Positions 12,161-23,751 are shown, numbered from the stretch's first letter. The stretch is 31,367 nt of DNA from Octopus sinensis (GCF_006345805.1 NW_021832302.1:1-31367), one strand, 5' to 3'. Numbers and translations are program-made. The notes: generated from the letters alone by a model not told the origin.

Positions 12161-12442
12161 GTTTTTTAACTTTATCCCCCCCCCCTTTTTGTCCTCTTTC
12201 TTTCCTTTTACGATCCCTTTTGATCGAAAACCAAAGCCCCTTTTTTATCCCCCAAAGAAACGCTCTGACACTTGTAATTTGTCCTGTCTGTGTGCAGCCT
12301 GTGTGGCTAATAAGACATCTATCAGCAATCTATCTTCCTGTCGTCTATCTATGTATCTATCTATCTATCTATCTATCTATCTGTATCCTGCCTGTCTATC
12401 TTATCTACTGTCTGTCTATCTATCTATCTATCTATCTATCTA

Positions 12443-12475
<33 letters not shown>

Positions 12476-12620
12476 CTCTATCTATATCTATCTATCTTTC
12501 TATCATCTATCTATCTATATATCTATCTATCTATCTTCTATCTATCTCTCTTTTCAATCTATCTATCTATCTTTTCAATCTATCTATCTATCTATCCATC
12601 TATCTATCTATCTATCTTTA

Positions 12621-12655
<35 letters not shown>

Positions 12656-12759
12656 ATCTATCTTTTTAATCTATCTTTTAGTATCTATCTCTCTCTCTAT
12701 CTATCTCTTATCTATCTATCTCTCATCTATCTATCTATCTATCTTTTCAATCTACTATC

Positions 12760-12799
<40 letters not shown>

Positions 12800-12855
12800 C
12801 CTGAGTATCTCCCTCTTTCTCTCTTTCTCTCTCTCAATCTATCTATCTATACATA
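12080..12855. repeat. Large degenerate (TCTA)n/(TC)n/(ATCA)n microsatellite
   Basis: Direct reading. Explains the SIYL-repeat ORFs 12042-12869 and 12076-12621. Confidence 0.95.
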
Positions 12856-13402
12856 TACATTTGACATGAGCGATACTTGACTTCGGATACACGGTCAAAG
12901 GGTTGGGTGGAATTGCGCAGAAAATTACACAGATGTGTAGAATGATCCGGTTGCGAAGCTTCGCTTTGTATTTTTTCATAGCTCTCCTGTGGTTACCGAG
13001 ATAATATACTATAATAATACACTTTACTTTTATGTTTATGAATGAGAAACGACGGGGTGATAGAGGAATAAGGAAGGATGGGGTGAGCGTTTCAACTCTG
13101 TGTGAATATGTGTTTGTAAAAGCGGCGTATGTGAATGTGTGTGTGTGCTTTCGTGTGCGTGCGCGTATGGGCACGCGATGGAAGTGGGATGGTTCAAATT
13201 TGTTTGCTTAGTATTTGGGTTTATTTTTTGATTAGTTTGAATCATGTTTTTTTTTTTGTTGGTCGGCTATTTTTAGCTGATAGAAAAAGACATTCTATAA
13301 TTGTTTTCTAACGTAAGCGTGCCCAAACAATTCGAATGCTTACACAGACCAAGTTTTACAGCCACAACAGCCAAACCAACCGAGTGAGGCCGGGCTTAGC
13401 TA

Positions 13403-13457
<55 letters not shown>

Positions 13458-13471
13458 TATATATATATATG

Positions 13472-13560
13472 TCAGCTCGGGGCCACAATAGATGTCACTC
13501 GTTAAAATTTTCACACAGTGAGACTGAACCGGATACCAAGCTGCTTACCATGCAGCAGTA
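13472..13560 (-). mobile_element. Highly degraded family C SINE head, followed on its strand by (TA)n at 13402-13470
   Basis: Minus strand gctgcatggtaagcagcttgg..ccggttcagtctcactgtgtg..tgtggccccgagctgac aligns to the family C head with an internal deletion. Confidence 0.55.
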
Positions 13561-14089
13561 CCAATACCTTTGCACGTTTGTATATATATGTTTTATCAAA
13601 TACAAGTCTCATTCTACGCAATGATTACGTTATCTAAATACTCTTCCCGATACATGAGGAAATTAGAGAGAAGGACACTTACACAAATGGATACAGAGCA
13701 TTCATACCAGAATGAGAATATTCAAGCATGGGTACAAGCAGTTTGTGTTAATCACAGAAATCCGTCGTCATTTCGCGTTTCACCTATCGTGGTTCAACTA
13801 TCACGGTTTATTATTTAAGATTACGTTAATTCCTCCGCGGTGTTGGTTTACATATGTAATAGAACAAATATATACAAATTATGAAAAAAAAAAAAATATA
13901 CAGTACAGTCAATAAGGGACATGCTCAACTGGTTAAGATCAAACAACTGACAAGCAAATCTGTGGTATTGAGCAGAAAATTTGCTGTAACCCATCTTTTA
14001 TACCAAGACAAAACAATGTACATGATAACACTTCCAATCAGTTAAGATGGGAAGCCATGAGAGCCACTGTCTGGTATCGCATCAGGGCA

Positions 14090-14109
14090 TTTATTATTAT
14101 TATTATTAA

Positions 14110-14160
<51 letters not shown>

Positions 14161-14192
14161 TACTACTACTACTACTGCTGCTGCTACAGCTG

Positions 14193-14234
<42 letters not shown>

Positions 14235-14280
14235 ATTATTATTATTATTATTATTATTTTTATTATTTTTATTATTTTTT
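14090..14280. repeat. (TAT)n/(TAC)n/(TGC)n compound trinucleotide repeat
   Basis: Direct reading. Confidence 0.95.
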
Positions 14281-14495
14281 TTGATTCAGTAGTTTTATTT
14301 TTATAGCGTGCATTCACTTCACTACCGAGCGCAGTTCTCTGTGCCTTGGGTATGTGCTGTGGTTTGCTGTGGTGCTCTTATGGTTACTGTATTGAGAGTG
14401 TTCTGCGTAGGATGTGTGCAGTGCCCAGTTGTGCAATTTTCTGTATGTTATATATATTTGTAAGTCCTGGTGTTTTTGTTACGTATTTTTCTGAA
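14280..14495 (-). mobile_element. R4/Dong-like LINE extreme 3' end (ORF C-terminus plus 3' UTR) ending in (TAA)n
   Basis: Minus strand SEKYVTKTPGLTNIYNIQKIAQLGTAHILRRTLSIQ* (stop 14384-14386) matches the IQK.ALLGTA.ILR C-terminus of R4/Dong elements. A ~100-bp UTR runs into the AAT repeats. Confidence 0.85.
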
Positions 14496-14563
14496 TATTT
14501 TTTTTTTATCTGACAAAATACATAACAAAACCACCAGGACTTACACATTCTTTCCATTTCTCT

Positions 14564-14815
14564 TTATTTTGTTTTAACATTTAGTGCAGAAGAACTTAAT
14601 ACTTGTTTAGAGTTCAGAAAAGACAATTTTACTCCATCACCCAGCTTAGTTGCAAAAGACGCATTACCTAATACCAAAGTGTATACGGTGCTTCTCTGAT
14701 CCAAAATCGTTTTATGTACCGACAATAATTCCTGTTCATACTTATCGTTATTTAATCTCCTCATCTCATCTGTGTGTAGGGAGTTAGCATAGAAGCCATC
14801 ACCTTGTAAAGTCTG
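14564..14815 (-). pseudogene. Diverged BTB/POZ-domain-like reading frame (probable pseudogene fragment or isolated exon)
   Basis: An 84-codon stop-to-stop frame contains VHKTILDQRSTVY (14681-14719), matching the BTB signature HK.IL.ARS.VF, preceded by DEMRRLNNDKY. About 8 aa of the usual SDV.L.V segment are missing. Motif recognition only. Confidence 0.45.
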
Positions 14816-14944
14816 TCACAATGTCTCCGTTCTATTTGGAATCTTTCAGAATATATTTCTCGTCTCCACAAACAACAGTCTCAACTTTCCAAAATCCTTC
14901 ATTCTTGGTGGTTTGGGAAGTTGTAGAAATATACTAATATAGAC

Positions 14945-15050
14945 ACAAAAGAACTCTTACAATGTTAATAATAGTAGGAATAATAAAAATAATAATAATA
15001 ATATAATAATAATAATAATAATAATTATTATTATTATTATTTTATTATTA

Positions 15051-15081
<31 letters not shown>

Positions 15082-15241
15082 TATTATATTTATTATTATT
15101 ATGAAGATGATGATGGTAATGATGATGATCATAATAATAATAATAATAATAATAATAAAGAAGAAGAAGAAGAAGAAGAAGAAGAAGAAGAAGAAGAAGA
15201 AGAAGAAGAAGAAGAAGAAGAAGAAGAAGAAGAAGAAGAAG
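14945..15241. repeat. (TAA)n/(TAT)n/(GAT)n/(GAA)n compound trinucleotide repeat
   Basis: Direct reading; includes a long perfect (GAA)n tract at about 15160-15241. Confidence 0.95.
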
Positions 15242-15242
15242 C

Positions 15243-15720
15243 GTGAAGGACAATGTGAAATGCAAAATCGACAACATTCCCGATAGCGACAAATACATAA
15301 TGTATGGTGAGCGGGTGTGTAAAGGTATGATACACTTTAAGCCAATGCACGAAATTGGCACCACGCAAACACAATCGTCACCCTGACAATGTGGCAAGAA
15401 TGGTCCATTTGGAGCTCTGTGGAAATTACGGCCTACAAAGAGCAAGAACGTCGTTGGAACAAAACACGAAATAAATTACCGAGAGTGAAAATTGGAAAAT
15501 CCTGTGCGATATAATGATTCAGTGTGATCACCTGACCAGACATCGAAAAGCGGACATTGTTGTGGTGTATGAAAAAGGAAATAAAAGAATGCATGATAAT
15601 CGACGTAACATGTTCCGGCGGCAACAGAGTCAGAAAGAAGGAAAAAGAAACAACAATTGCGTCTTGAAGTTGGAAATACGAAGTTTGGGGTCAACAAAGG
15701 CAGAAGAGGTGGCAACACAA
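15243..15720 (+). mobile_element. Degraded R4/Dong-like LINE: CCHC zinc knuckle plus RLE endonuclease region
   Basis: Across frameshifts: NVKCKID..SDKYIMYGER / SQCTKLAPRKHNRHPDNVARMVHLELCGNYGL..ESENWKILCDIMIQCDHLTRHRKADIVVV / ECMIIDVTCSG. This follows the RHD.VA..VHW.LC..ILWD..IQ.D....RKPDIV motif order. Confidence 0.85.
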
Positions 15721-16195
15721 AACTGGAAAATCACTCAGAAATAGTCTATTTTCCCGGCGATATCGTTCAATTGAGTTACTCGTTAACATCAACAAGATAT
15801 CACTGAAATGAAAAGCCAAAAAACCAAACAGCAGACAGAGTCTTCATTTATCTGTTAATTTTTCGCTTTCTCAATATGCCCATTACTTTCGTGTGTCTTA
15901 TCGTCTTTTGTAATAGTTCCCTAACATTTTTGGGGTTCGCGATTCTCGGCGATTCACGAGATTAAGACTTTATCTTACGACTTATTGCAATCCAACAACA
16001 CAATATCAAATTCATTAAACTTTCTCAAATTCCTGCGGATAAAAGTCTCGATTATTAATTGGTAATTCCTTCTTTAAGAACTATTTCAAACAATATCTTT
16101 TCCCAGAAGATATTATAGTGATTTTCATATTAGTGTTCGTGTATCTATTTTGCTATTCGTGTATCTATTTTGGCTTATTAATATGAAGCAAGTTT

Positions 16196-16579
16196 GGAGG
16201 CGCAATGGCCCAGTGGTTAGGGCAGCGGACTCGCGGTCATAGGATCGCAGTTTCGATTCCCAGACCGGGCGTTGTGAGTGTTTATTGAGCGAAAACACCT
16301 AAAAGCTCCACGAAGCTCCGGCAGGGGATGGTGGAGATCCCTGCTGAACTCTTTCACCACAACTTTCTCTCACTCTTACTTCCTGGTTCGTTGTACCTGT
16401 ATTTCAAGGGGCCAGCCTTGTCACTCTCTGTGTCACGCTGAATATCTCCGAGAACTACGTTACGGGTGCACGTGTCTGTGGAGTGCTCAGCCACTTACAC
16501 GTTAATTTCACGAGCAGGCTGTTCCGTTGATTCGGATCAACCGGAACCCTCATCGTCGTAACCGACGGAGTGCTTCCAC
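16196..16579 (+). mobile_element. Full-length tRNA-derived SINE (family B) with 11-bp target-site duplication
   Basis: A box TGGCCCAGTGGTTAG and B box GTTTCGATTCCC. Flanked by atgaagcaagt (16183-16193) and atgaagcaggt (16580-16590), one mismatch. Confidence 0.92.
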
Positions 16580-17497
16580 ATGAAGCAGGTGGAGAGGCAA
16601 GTCTCATCTGTGCGTAATTCATTTTGCTTTGTGTAACCGTAGGATATTCATAAACCGAAAATGTAGCATGTGATCTGCGGAGTCGTCACAGCCGGAACCA
16701 GTTCCAAAGTGATAAGAATACAGCAAGTAATTATATTTTGAGATAGAGAGCCGTTTTAGAACAAATCCATACTTTAGTAGCAATAATTTTAAGTAAGCAA
16801 CGTTGGCTAATCTCCTGTGGTGAGGAGGCGATCGCCTGCAGCCTCTCTCTGTCTCCAGAAAAAATGCCTCCAACAGATGAACGTGTGACAACAACCATTT
16901 GGTTCAAAGTTATCCACCGTGTAGACACGTCTCGATGTTTCTCATACACCTTTCATTTGAAGAAAAATTTATCTCTTAGCTTTGATGTAGGGACATTATT
17001 GAAGAAGAAAAAAATCAACGAAAAGACGGAAATTAAATGTGTGTGTATTTGTGTGTGTGCTTACATGTGAATACTGTGTGTGCACACGCGTGTGTTTATA
17101 AAGGAATAACTACAGACAGGGGTGAATGTAAAGAACACGCACGATCACACATAAAAATACATACACACCTGCATCTATATACACATATACACAGAGGTAA
17201 ATCTCTTATTACTGGTGGCATAACATTCTAGAAGTCAGTGAAAAGAAAGTAAAAATGAATAAAAGCGACTCCTTTCGCTGATTTTAATCAAAAGACGATT
17301 TAAGTAAATGATACTTAAAAACAAAATACATACATAAGTAATTTGAAAATAGATCTTAACTTCAGAAGACTAGGTTAAAATTTCTCAAAGAAAAAAAGAT
17401 GATACATAGAGAACTAACAAAAAATACTGCAACTTTCTACTAATCTTACATCATACTAAGTCCGACTTAAGATAGCTCGTTATTTTCATTGCAGTAA

Positions 17498-17571
<74 letters not shown>

Positions 17572-17578
17572 CATTATT
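17498..17578. repeat. (TAT)n microsatellite
   Basis: Direct reading. Confidence 0.95.
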
Positions 17579-17749
17579 CTGCGTTTCTGCTTTTTTTATT
17601 TCTGCTAGAATACAATTCCAACATCTTTACCATTGCATGATTATATTCCAACCATTCGCTCTTCTTTCAGTTAACTTTTTTTTTCAAATATCTTCTTTAG
17701 TTTTGGTTATCTGTTAACCTTTTCAGTTTGAGTTTCACTAGTATAGTAT

Positions 17750-18072
17750 TTGATGTATACATAATATATATATATATGTATATATATGTATATATATATA
17801 TGTATGTACGTATGTATGCATATGTGTGTATGTGCCTCTATGTGTGTGTGTATTTAGGTGCTTGTAAGATGCATATAATATTCTGTATATATGCATGCAT
17901 TATACTATACATAAGTGCTTCTACACCTATATGAATTTGAGCGTATGTATTTGTTTGTGTGTGTATGTGTATATGTGTGTGTTTGTGTGTGTGTTTTTGT
18001 GTGTGTGTGTCTGTGTGTGTGTGTCTGTGTGTGTGTGTGCTTGTGTGTGTGCGAGCATGAGTGTGTGTGTAT
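17750..18072. repeat. (TA)n/(TG)n microsatellites
   Basis: Direct reading. Confidence 0.9.
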
Positions 18073-18374
18073 GAATAAACACAAGGTTGATTTTATTCAT
18101 ATCAGTCGATTCGATATATTCTTAATTCCCTACAGAATATTCTACGTCACCAATTATTCATCCTATGTCTGTATATACACTTCTCACTTTAACTTTACGA
18201 CGGACAGCAACATTTTACATTATAAATTCTTGGGTTATGAATGCTTCATATAGATGGCTCTTACATCATAGTTGCACTGCCAAACCTCTAGTTTCGCTTC
18301 GTATTAAATTTCGAATATATATTTCTCTAGCGATACACACATACCATTTTCATTCTTTTTGCACTAGAATGTTC

Positions 18375-18400
18375 TCTGTCTATCTTTATCTCTCTGTCTG

Positions 18401-18440
<40 letters not shown>

Positions 18441-18483
18441 ACTCCCTCTCTAACCCTCTCTCTCCGCCTTTCTCTTTCACTCT
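18375..18483. repeat. (CT)n microsatellite
   Basis: Direct reading. Confidence 0.9.
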
Positions 18484-18659
18484 AAAATTCACAATTATGG
18501 CATTAATTTTTCCTCTTAAAAGAAAGCAATTTATTTAAGAATATACAGTTTGAAATGCCATGCCACAACATTGGTTGTATAGAAACGTAAGCCTTCAGTG
18601 CACAACCCACATAGGTGCACACATACACAAATATACACAAACATAGATATATACATAAA

Positions 18660-18830
18660 CGACACGGTGGTGCAATGTTCCAGAATTTGGTTACAAGAAA
18701 ATACAGATGGATCAGTGAATTATTTTTTATTTAACACATAGACATCTTAGATTCATACACTTATTGTAGCAATCATTCAGTGTTCTAAGAGCTGTGAAAT
18801 TTGGGAGTTTGGACCTCCACCCAAGGCTTT
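18660..18830 (-). mobile_element. Possible mariner 3' remnant, heavily degraded
   Basis: With one frameshift the minus strand reads WVEVQTPKFH / LRTLNDCYNKCMNLRCLCVK*, resembling W...Q..EFY..G...L..RWNKCI.L.GDYVE* of irritans-type mariners. The TIR is only loosely recognisable near 18660-18690. Confidence 0.4.
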
Positions 18831-18966
18831 TGTGACACCCTTGAGGCTAGGAAGATTTCGGACAATGGACATGACATAAAATAATACAAACAGTAATATA
18901 TGAGTGAAGAAAAAATATATACTGCGTGTGTTTATTTGGCAAAAAACGACCATCCGAAAACAACAT

Positions 18967-19014
<48 letters not shown>

Positions 19015-19119
19015 TATATTACAAACATGCTCACACAGACAAGCACAAAAACCACGATGCTATCTCGGTCTGTAAGCAACTCGTCATCCATTCGGATGTG
19101 ACCGAATATTTGCTAATGT

Positions 19120-19211
19120 TTGCCCTGAAGAGCTTCTAACTTTTAATTGCATAATGCAATTTTGATTGCAAAATATGAAGGTAGGAAAGAAATTGAAACG
19201 TACGTAGGCGA
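19120..19211 (+). ncRNA. Type I hammerhead ribozyme motif with expanded (63-nt) stem II
   Basis: TTGCC | CTGAAGA | 63 nt | GAAA | CGTACG | TA | GGCGA. The core is an exact consensus match, stem III is palindromic, the triplet is GUA, and stem I has 5 bp including one G-U. The base of stem II pairs imperfectly. Confidence 0.6.
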
Positions 19212-19502
19212 TATGATATTGATTATTATACAAGTAAATTGATTTTTTATGTGCTCAAACTTTCCCTTTTCCTTATGTTATGTTATTAAAATTCCGTTGT
19301 ATATTGCGTGGATGAAAACATCAACAACGACAACTGAAACTGAATAAGTGTTAACACTAATACCAACACAAATTAATGAAATTCAAAGTATATAAATAGG
19401 TATGGAGCTAAACCGGTGTACGCCGGTCTAAAATTCATATCTATGAAAGAGCAACCTCTTTCCATTCAACATTTTATACAAGTGTACGTGTGTGAGTGTT
19501 TG

Positions 19503-19518
19503 TAGATAGATAGATAAT

Positions 19519-19573
<55 letters not shown>

Positions 19574-19625
19574 ATAGATAGACAGACAGACAGACAGGGA
19601 GATAGAGAGTTAGATGGATAGATAG
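19503..19625. repeat. (AGAT)n/(AGAC)n microsatellite
   Basis: Direct reading. Confidence 0.95.
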
Positions 19626-20214
19626 GTAATATGTAACTATTCCGCATCCATTATGTGTTCATTATAATAAATACTAAAGTGAGATGTTACGTAGAATACA
19701 TAAAGATACGAAAATGGTGACACATAGTTTGATGATGAGAATGCTCAAAGGATTAAATTAAGTAAGCTTTAAAAGAACAATCACTTTGAATGATTCGGAA
19801 TGAAAAAAAAAACTTCATTTGCGCTAGGAAAGAAATTTTTGTGAGATGGGTTCATTTTTCTAAAAACTGAAGTCAAATCTCCGTCAGAATCTCTTCGTGA
19901 AAAGAAGAACACATTTAGAACCAAATATATTCCAATTCAGTTCATACACTTTTTTTGCTCGATAGAAACGATTTTGGAATACAATGTTGAATGAATCCGT
20001 TATTCGATAATGCAGAATCTCTAGGTTTTATTAAGATTTTGGTACTATTTCTGGCTGGTCGAACTAGCAACTGGCAGTTACCTAATTGGCTCATATCGCG
20101 TGCTATTGGAAACCTGACGTGCATGCTTTTAGTTCAAAGTGTTAACACGTTGCGTATCGAATACAAATCAATGGAGTTCCTAATTAGTATTAATGAAAGA
20201 TATTATGATAAAGA

Positions 20215-20258
20215 CGGATGCGGTGGCGGTGGCGGCGGTGTTGGAGACAATGAGAATA

Positions 20259-20319
<61 letters not shown>

Positions 20320-20473
20320 CGGTGATGGGAATGATGAGGATTGTATTACTAACGCAGCGGTGACGATGATATGGATAATGTTGATTACGAAGATACTACG
20401 TAAGATTAAAATAATAATAATAATAATAATAATAAAATAATGATAATAATAACAAATAATAACAATAATAACA

Positions 20474-20508
<35 letters not shown>

Positions 20509-20531
20509 TGATGATAATAATAATAATAATA

Positions 20532-20593
<62 letters not shown>

Positions 20594-20876
20594 AAGAATG
20601 ATGATGATAATAATAATAATAATAGTAATAATAATAATAACAATAATAATAACAAATAATACAATAATAACAATAATAATAACAATAATAACAATAATAA
20701 TAACAAAATATAATAATAATAATAATAACAAATAATAATAATAATAACAAATAATAACATATATAATAATAATAACAAATATTAACAATAATAATAACAA
20801 ATAATAACAAATAATAATATAATACTAATAATAATAATAAATAATAATAATAATAATAATAAATAATAATAATAAT

Positions 20877-20911
<35 letters not shown>

Positions 20912-20965
20912 GTAATCATATAATAATAAAATAATAATAACAATAGTAATAATAATAAATATTAA
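20215..20965. repeat. (GGC)n/(GAT)n/(GGT)n then long (AAT)n/(AAC)/(GAA)n compound repeat
   Basis: Direct reading. Explains the ORFs at 19991-20810. Confidence 0.95.
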
Positions 20966-21442
20966 TGGTGATAGGGTCACGAATTACTAGTAAAACTAAT
21001 GAACTGTTTGTTCTGAAATCTCTGATAGTTTCACAGCTAACACCAGTAAATAGACTAAAATTTGTACCTATTTATAACGTCATTAACTGCTCCATCGGGA
21101 AACAAATTAAATCGGTGTATTGGGCGAAATGTTGACGTTTGGCATGCTACCGCTGAATATATATCGCTGAAATAGAAGTCGCCATGATGTGTGGATTGAG
21201 GTAAATTGGCATTTATAGATTGGCGTTTATAGATACGTGTTTAAGCAAGATTAAAACCACATATTCTTGCTCTGACGTGGGTTCCAGCCAGATGATTGAC
21301 ATGGCGTATGTCATAGCCAATCCCGTGTAGCTTTGTGCATATATTTGTTTCCTACCAACGCTTGACAATCCAGATTGGTTTATTTAAGTTCCCCGTAATT
21401 TAGTGGTTCGCAAAGAGTTACAATATATATTATTATAATATA

Positions 21443-21862
21443 CCTATTACTTTACTACCCACAAGGTGCTAAACACAGAGCGGACAAACAAGGACAGATA
21501 AACGGATTAAGCCGATTATATCGACCTCAGTGTGTAACTGGTACCTATTTAATCGACCCCGAAAGGATGAAAGGCAAAGTCGACCTCGGCGGAATTTGAA
21601 CTCAGAACGTAACGGCAGACGAAATCCCTATTTCTTTACTACCCACAAGGGGCTAAACATAGAGGGGACAAACAAGGACAGACAAACGGATTAAGCCGAT
21701 TACATCGACCCTAGTGCGTAACTGGTACTTATTTAATAGACCCCGAAAGAATGAAAGGTAGAGTCGACATCGACGGAATTTGAACTCAGAACGTAGCGGC
21801 AAACGAAAAACCGCAAAGCATTTCGTCCGGCGTGCTAACGTTTCCGGCATCTCGCAACCTTT
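21443..21862 (-). mobile_element. SINE family A head-to-tail dimer
   Basis: Head at about 21790-21862 on the minus strand and two bodies joined at gacgaaatccctatttctttact (21618-21640), the reverse complement of the 1908-1930 junction type. Confidence 0.9.
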
Positions 21863-22279
21863 TTATGCTTTGATACAACATACATTTTAGGAAAGATAAA
21901 TTATAAATAAGTTAAGACACTTGTATCAGACTTGAAAGTCGACCTGAAGACCTGAAGAGTTAGATTCATATCCCACTCCGCGTACAGCGTATTTATTAAC
22001 CCTAACGTATCCTGGAACATGTACTTCCTTTCTTCTACTTTGGAAGCCTCGTCTCTGTACAAAGTGACTTTGAGAAGTGTGCTGATCATTAGGTTCGTGT
22101 GTTACATGCTGCTTACGGAATATTTAAACTGAATGCATGTTATTTCGCCATTACGCTATTTATACGTAGCGCGAGGCTTGTACTCCTCGTAGAAGATGAA
22201 AACAGAGTTGCGTGCGTTCACTATGAGATGTGTTTGTGAGATCTTGACTATGACACATGAGATCAACATCATCAGTTTT

Positions 22280-23049
22280 AAGCACAATGGCAGCAATTTC
22301 GGCAAGAGCTAAGTCGATTACATCGACTCCATTTATTTTATCGACTGCTATTTATTTTATCGACCCCAAAAATTATCATCGCAAAAATAGACCTAGGCAA
22401 AATATCAACTTCATAAATATCGATTTTTAATCTTGGCACAAGGCGAGCGATTTATGAGAAGAGCACAATCGATTACATCGACCCCGCAGTTCGACTGGTT
22501 ATTTTTTTATCGGCCCTGAAATGAAGAAATGCAAGTCGACTTCGGCGGAATTTGAACTCAGAACGTAAAGACAGACTAAATGATGGTAAGCGTTTTGCCC
22601 GGCCTGTTAACGATTCTGCCAGCCCGCCACCTCATCGAAATTATAAATATTCTTTTCTACTCTAGGAACAAGGCCCGAAATTTTTCGAGAGGGGCCAGTC
22701 GAATAGATCGACCTCAGTACGCAACTGGTACTTAATTTTTCGACCCGAAAAGGATCAAAAGCAAAATCGACCTTGGATGAATTTGAACTGAGAACGTAAA
22801 GACAGACGAAATACCTATTTCTTTATTACCCACAAGGTGCTAAACATAGAGTGGACAAACAAGGACAAACATAGGTATTAAGTCGATTACATCGACACCA
22901 GTGCGTAACTGGTGCTTAATTTATCGACCCCGAAAGGATGAAAGGCAAAGTCGACCTCGGCGGAATTTGAACTCTGAACGTAAAGACAGACGAAATACCG
23001 CCAAGCATTCTGCCCGGCGTGCTATCGATTCTGCCAGCTCGTCGCCTTT
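22280..23049 (-). mobile_element. Cluster of four same-orientation SINE family A units (dimer, monomer and degraded unit)
   Basis: Headed unit 22815-23049, headless unit ~22648-22814 (junction 22805-22827), headed unit ~22425-22632 and a degraded unit ~22280-22400. Three different 3' tails are present. Confidence 0.85.
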
Positions 23050-23474
23050 CAACATTATAAACACTGAAAGTCGAAGAGAACGTCATTGAAACTACAGTCA
23101 TTAAATATTGGCTGAAAGTTGTAGACCACTACGGATCACTGAGTAACAGTGTCTCCATCGTGTATATTATAACTAATAAGCCACCGGCAGAGCTACGTAT
23201 TAATTCACCTGCTTAGTTTCGATACTAAGGATACTAAGAAGAATCAAAACAAATCTGCGAAATACGCCACCAAATATTCTCATCCGCTGCACAACTGCTT
23301 GAGCGCGTCGATTACGGAATCAAAAACAACAAACACAAAAATTATGACATGTGAATTGTGAAGACAGGTGTTCCGTGCCTAAATTAGGCTTCCCAGTTAA
23401 CGGTAGTACTAAAAGAGACAAAGGAATTATTAGAATTATCAGAAACGCAAATACTTTAGATTAAGGATAAGATT

Positions 23475-23577
23475 GTGTGTGTGTGTGTGTTGGGTATACA
23501 CACACACACACATACTAATATCTATGCCATAGTTATAAATTTATACGGACATATATGCCTACACCCACACACAGATA

Positions 23578-23650
<73 letters not shown>

Positions 23651-23653
23651 GTA

Positions 23654-23687
<34 letters not shown>

Positions 23688-23711
23688 GATATATTATATA
23701 TATATATAATC

Positions 23712-23746
<35 letters not shown>
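23475..23746. repeat. (TG)n/(CA)n/(TA)n microsatellite
   Basis: Direct reading. Confidence 0.9.

Positions 23747-23751
<5 letters not shown>

Noticed and set aside
12860-12990. Moderately GC-rich segment open in two minus frames, with the palindrome GCGAAGCTTCGC
   Set aside because: No recognisable domain, weak splice sites and no CTRR terminus for a Helitron end.
14280-15720. Idea that the minus-strand Dong 3' end and the plus-strand RLE fragment are one twin-primed insertion
   Set aside because: About 750 bp of unrelated sequence lies between them, no TSD is seen, and nothing shows they belong to the same family.
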